Assembly (NCBI GenBank): GCA_951406725.2
Contig: OX597818.1
Span: 17,112,001-17,176,000, forward strand
DNA length: 64,000 nt
Direction of reading: 5' to 3'
From: Octopus vulgaris
Taxonomy: Eukaryota
Positions 58,701 to 64,000 of this stretch are shown one piece after another. The notes beneath the pieces were generated by a model that was not told where the DNA came from, ran no database searches, and was given only the letters and a program-made list of their open reading frames with translations. The translations under genes and the position numbers were made by a program. How positions within the stretch are numbered: the stretch's first letter is position 1; each line of letters opens with the position of its first letter.

Positions 58701-59295
58701 CTGCTTGTGGCAGACGAAATGCCGCTAAGTATTTCGCCCGGCGTGCTAACGATTCTGCCAGCTCGCCGCCTTCTTAAACAGGTGAAATACCTATTTCTTT
58801 ACTACCCACAAGGGGCTAAACACATAGGAGACAAACAAGGACAGACAAAAAGTCGATTAGATCGACCCCAGTGAGTAACTGCTACTTATTTAATCGACCC
58901 CAAAAGGATGAAAGGCAAAGTCAACCTCGGCGGAATTTGAACTCAGAACGTAGCGGCAGACGAAATACCTATTTCTTTACTACCCACAAGGGCCTAAACA
59001 CAGAGGGGACAAGCAAGGACAGACAAACGGATTAAGTCGATTATATCGACCCCAGTGCGTAAGTGGTACTTATTTAATCGACCCCGAAAGGATGAAAGGC
59101 AAAGTCGACCTCGGCGGAATTCGAACTCAGAACGTAGCGGCAGACGAAATACCGCTAAGCATTTCGCCCGGCGTGCTAACGATTCTGTCAACTCGCCACC
59201 TTCGGACAATAGTAATAACATCACCGTTCATTTATACTGACATCTAGTAAATCCAGATTTCTTAAAATCCCTCTTGATTAGGCACTCAGATGAGA

Positions 59296-59622
59296 CTGCG
59301 TGTGGTTTAGTGGTCAGGGTATGCGGCTCACGATCGAAAGGTCGAAAGGTCGAAAGTTCAATTCCCGGTGGAGCGTTGTGTCTTTGAACATGACACTTTA
59401 TTTTACGTTGCTCTAGTCCACTCAGCTGACAAAAATGAGTTGTATCTGTATTTCAAAGGGCCAGCCATGTCACATTCTGTGTCACGCTGAACCTCTCTGA
59501 AAACTACATTAAGAGTATGCCTGTCTGTGGAGTGGTCAACCACTTTCACGTCAATTTCACGAGCAGGCTGTTCCGTTGATCGGATCAACTGAAACCCTCG
59601 CGTAGTAACTAAGGAGTATCAA
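59296..59622 (+). mobile_element. tRNA-derived SINE, family D (V-SINE-like central domain)
   Basis: tRNA-like head followed by TTGTGTCTTTGAACATGACACTTTATTTTACGTTGCTCTAGTCCACTCAGCTG. Confidence 0.55.
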
Positions 59623-60751
59623 TAAGAAAAGTAGTACCAGACACTTGGAATATATTACTATAACTACATTCTTTTATTTCTGCTATAGATACAAATCTAA
59701 CATTAACATAAACACTTTTCTACGACATACTTAGATACAGAGGAGACGCAATTATAATCTAAACAGTGCTTATCCTTTTTTTAATTCTTATTGAAAACTA
59801 TCTTCCCGCCAAATACATATCTGTCAAAATATCATACAACTCTACGTTTTCAAACAGCAGAACTCATATCTCCTTCTATAAGTAAATCAATATTTTGATA
59901 ATACCCACCTCGTTACAACAATTCGGACAAATTACAACCAACCATATTTATTTTGTGCAAAATTCTATAGTATTGTCAACGAAATATAATATCAATATTG
60001 TCTGAAACTATATCCCAGTTCTACAACAGGTTCCCAAAATCATATTACAACGAACCCTTTCTAATAAATACTAATAGGAAGAAATGGCAGCCGTTTTGGC
60101 TGATTGTCCGAACTAATACGAAGTAATCGATGACTGAGTTTCTATTGTACACAAATATGATGTTGGAAATGCATGCATACCTATTTCTTTACTACCCACA
60201 CGGGACTAAACACAGATGGGACAAACAAGGACAGACAAACGGATTAAGTCGATTACATCGACCCCAGTGCGTAACTGGTACTTAATTTATCGACCCCGAA
60301 AGGATGAAAGGCAAAGTCAACCTCGGCGGAATTTGAACTCAGAACGTAACGACAGACAAAATACCGCTAAGCATTTCGCCCGGCGTGCTAACGTTTCTGC
60401 TAGCTTGCCGCCTTGGAAATGCATACATACCGTCAGCTGAACATGTTAACGAAATTATTGAAACTACGGTAAAAATCATGGGGCGTGAAAGTGTACTAAG
60501 ACTTTGCTTCTCAACTACATGGTTCTGGGTTCAGTCTAACAGCGTGGCAACCTTGGGTAAGTGTCATCTACTATAGCCTTGGGCCGACCGAAGCCTTGTA
60601 AGTGGATTTGATAGACGGGAACTGAAAGAAGCCCGTCATGTTTTTACATCCTCGTAAATTAGCGGTTGGGCATAAGAGACCGATAGATTAAGTACTGGGG
60701 TTTACAAAATAAATAAATAAATAATACGCACTGAGGTCGATTTGCTCGATC

Positions 60752-61190
60752 GTTACATTCTTCCTTAGATCTCTTTTGAGTCTTACTTGCGTTATCCTGG
60801 CCTCTTCAAATGCTTTTACTCCACTCCACACCTTTGTTCGCCATCCAACTCGATTCGAAGCAAGGGTTTCTATATCTTCTGGAAATATTCCAAGTAACTT
60901 CATAGTAGTCCTTATGCCGTCCTTAAACCTTCTTTTAGGTTTACGCCGATAGCGTTTCCCTCTCTGCAAGCTCACCATAAAACAGCTGTTTCAGCATGCG
61001 TTCATCTGCCATTCGAACAATATGGCCACACCATTTTAATTGGTTCCTCAAAATCATAGCTTTAACTGTGGTGATGCCGGCAGAAGCAAGGATATCTGTG
61101 TTTGGAGTAAAAGAACTCCATTTAATTTTTTAAATGCGATGAAGGCATTTTTGGTAGAATTGTTCTAACAGTTTAAAATGCCTTTCATAA
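60752..61190 (-). mobile_element. RTE LINE 3' fragment
   Basis: LKWCGHIVRMADERM..GKRYRRKPKRRFKDGI..LASNRVGWRTKVWSGVKAFEE. Confidence 0.8.
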
Positions 61191-61399
61191 TATATACATT
61201 AGAAAATTTGTGAAATCCTCGGTACAGTTAGGTAAATTTGGAGGAGGAAAATTACATCTAGGAGAATTTTTGTCTAAAATTACGTCTAGGAGAATTCTTC
61301 CAGGGTGTAGATTACGAGGACGAATCACTAGTGTAAAAGAAAAAAGAACTTTAACCCCGCTAAATAGAGACATACACGTAGAAGAACACATAACCTGCC

Positions 61400-63420
61400 T
61401 ACGATGACCGGCACAGTCAAATGCTGCAGAGACGAATCACAAATGCAACATTCCTACAGACCTACTGCTAGCCCTAAACAAACTACAAAAAGTCTCCTCA
61501 ATAATCATAGAAGAAGCAGACAAAAGTGGAGCAATCATCATCATCATGGGCAAAAACCACTACCAAGAAAGGTCCTAGAACAGTTGAATAACGAGGGTTT
61601 TTACAAGAAAATCAACAAACGCAAAGAAAGTTATTCGATGATTCTAGTAGGTAAACTGAATAACCTTACGCTAAAGGAAATTAACTAGCTAACCAACTTT
61701 GAAATGAAAACCAGCAATTTTAAATAATTATCGAAAGTTCACAAATCCGAAGAAATCCAAAACAAAAGAAAAAGTAAAATTACATCATATGTCGAAGTAC
61801 CAAAACTGACAGATTTAAAATTACACCCAAATGGTGCTGGTCCAGCCGCAAGCACACAACGTCTAAGCAATTTATTAGAATCATTCTGAAACCCCTATGT
61901 AAAAAGGTACCAAGCTACATCAGAGATGATATGAAATTCCTGAATCCCCCAGAAAGTACTCCAAGACACAATCTTAGTCAGCTTTGACGTAGCAAGCTTA
62001 TATATTAATATCCCACACGACTCATGACTTTTGGATTACAAAACACCCAGATTCCAATTCAGAGAGATTCCCGAAAGAGTTTATTTTGGAAGGGCTCTAA
62101 TAAATATTGGAGAACAACCACTTCCACTTTGATAAAGAATTGTATTTACAAATAAAAGGAACAGCCATGGTCACCAAAGTAGTGCTAAGATATGCAACAT
62201 TCGTCATGGATTACCTTGAAGCAAAACTATATTCCCAGCTGCAGGAAACGTTCATTCACGATTTCACCACCTATATTAATAACATCTGGAAACGTTACCT
62301 AGACAATTGCTTCATCTTCTGGGATAGAAACGAAGAAGACCTGCAAAGATTCCATTCCATCATAAACAGGCTTCACAACGCAATACAATTTACCATGGCA
62401 TGCAATAGAAAGGAACTACCGTTTCTGGATATCCTTATCATTAAAGAAGGGGAAAATATCAAAACAGACCTATTTTACAAACCAACAGGCACGCACCAAT
62501 ACTTAAATTTTCGATCAGCACCCTCACCCCCACATAACAAAAGAATCATTCCCTTTAACATGACAAGACGTATCTACACCATAGTAATACACCCCACATT
62601 ACAAGAAAAAGTTTATATAAACTAAAATGGTTCCTTAAAAGACAAGAATATCTGGTGAACCTCATTAATACAGCCATCTCTAAGGCCCAGCACATTCCAG
62701 TGACAATACTAAGAAAAACAAACCAACAAAGTAAAAAGGGAAAACCAGTTATCTCTTTTGTCGTCACAAAAAGGATAACACTAACAACCCAATAATATAT
62801 AGCAGACGCCAAGCACTCAAGCTGAAAAAACTGCTCACTAAGGCGAAATTTACGTCTAACATTGAAACAGTGTAAGTTAAGAAAATACGGGGACCCTTGA
62901 TGCGGAACTTGAGAATACATTGAATTGAGTGGATAAATCTCATTTAAAAACAATGAGATTTTCAAAGTTAATGCAAACCTGAATTGCAAAGCAAAAGAAC
63001 TTGATTTACAGTGCAACTTGCTCACAATGTAAAGAAGACTACATTGGTGAAACCAGAACAGGCCTACATGATAGAGTTCGTGTACATTAACAACAAATTA
63101 AAGACCCCTCTGTCAGAAACACCACTTGCAGTGAACACTTTGCATCATGCGGAAATAGAAAATTCACAATCTCCCCCTTCTTTAAGTTATAGTCCTACAA
63201 CGAACATTTCTGGAAATATAAAGAAGAATTCTTCATTAGAAAGTACGAACCACAAGTGAACACCAAAAAATGATATTCCACCCCACCCAATAACGGGATT
63301 CTCTCATTGTTTTATTTTTTGAAGATGCATATATCCAAATATAAATGGATGACACCCACACTTTTCAATCATTCGATCATTGAAGAGAAGAACAACTCTC
63401 GGAGGTATACTTCTATTTCA
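61400..63420 (+). mobile_element. Degenerate Penelope-like element of a second clade (RT plus GIY-YIG)
   Basis: EADKSGAIII, KVHK, VSFDVASLY.NIPH, QIKGTAM, WKRYLDNCF, LPFLDILI, DLFYKPT and CKEDYIGET..RVH..SEHFASC, with many frameshifts. Confidence 0.85.
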
Positions 63421-63496
63421 CTAATTCCCCTCCCCACAATGTACTTGAGTAGTGTAGATACGTATACATATGTGTGTATGTACGTGTGCATGTGTA

Positions 63497-63544
<48 letters not shown>

Positions 63545-64000
63545 TACAGGTGTGAATGCATGTGCAAATATATGGGTACGTATGAACTAGAAAATATATG
63601 TATGCATGTATGTGTATGTATATGTGTACGTATATATGGGTATATGTGTGTACATATGTATGTGTATATGTATATATATGTGTATGTTTGTATATATGTG
63701 TATATATATATGTATACTTTTTGCTTGTTTATATGTAGTTAAGTAATACATCAGCTAGCATGATCTCCTCCTCCCTCTCCCAATATAAAAACATTTCTAT
63801 CAACAAACATTCAAAGACTAATCTTATTGTTCTTTTCTCTCTCTCTCTCTCTCTCTCTCTGCGTCATCCCCTTTTTATCAAAAGATATGCATCTTACACC
63901 TCATTCACCCCATCTCAGACACACCTAAACTCTTTAACATAGAAAATAACTGAAGCGTCTCTTTACGAAATAAAAAAAGTTGATTCGGCTATAAGAGAAT

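Noticed and set aside
63375-63415. Decayed hammerhead after the last PLE (TTGAAGA..CTCTC GGAG GTATAC)
   Set aside because: Both core boxes are mutated and there is no stem I.

Overview
AT-rich, microsatellite-dense eukaryotic DNA. The SINE families and a sigma-class GST suggest an octopus/cephalopod genome (inference). The only confident host gene is the first two coding exons of a sigma-class glutathione S-transferase/S-crystallin-family gene (minus strand, 6494-6362 and 2386-2291). A weaker candidate is a minus-strand gene of small exons at about 43-55 kb. The rest is mostly transposon debris: Helitron, L1/Tx1, RTE, R4/Dong, two mariners, a maT-like fragment, a hATm-type element, Merlin- and piggyBac-like MITEs, tRNA-derived SINEs and a 2.1 kb (CTAA)n array. 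The most notable signal is a set of Penelope-like element (PLE) insertions. One is a near-intact Naiad-type RT+GIY-YIG element with inverted ends, and several are short fold-back remnants between (TA)n tracts. Together they carry eight readable minimal hammerhead ribozyme motifs from six sequence families, with palindromic stem III. The tertiary 3-8 core pair appears as C3-G8, G3-C8 and U3-A8. All calls were made by eye, with no database searches or folding computations.
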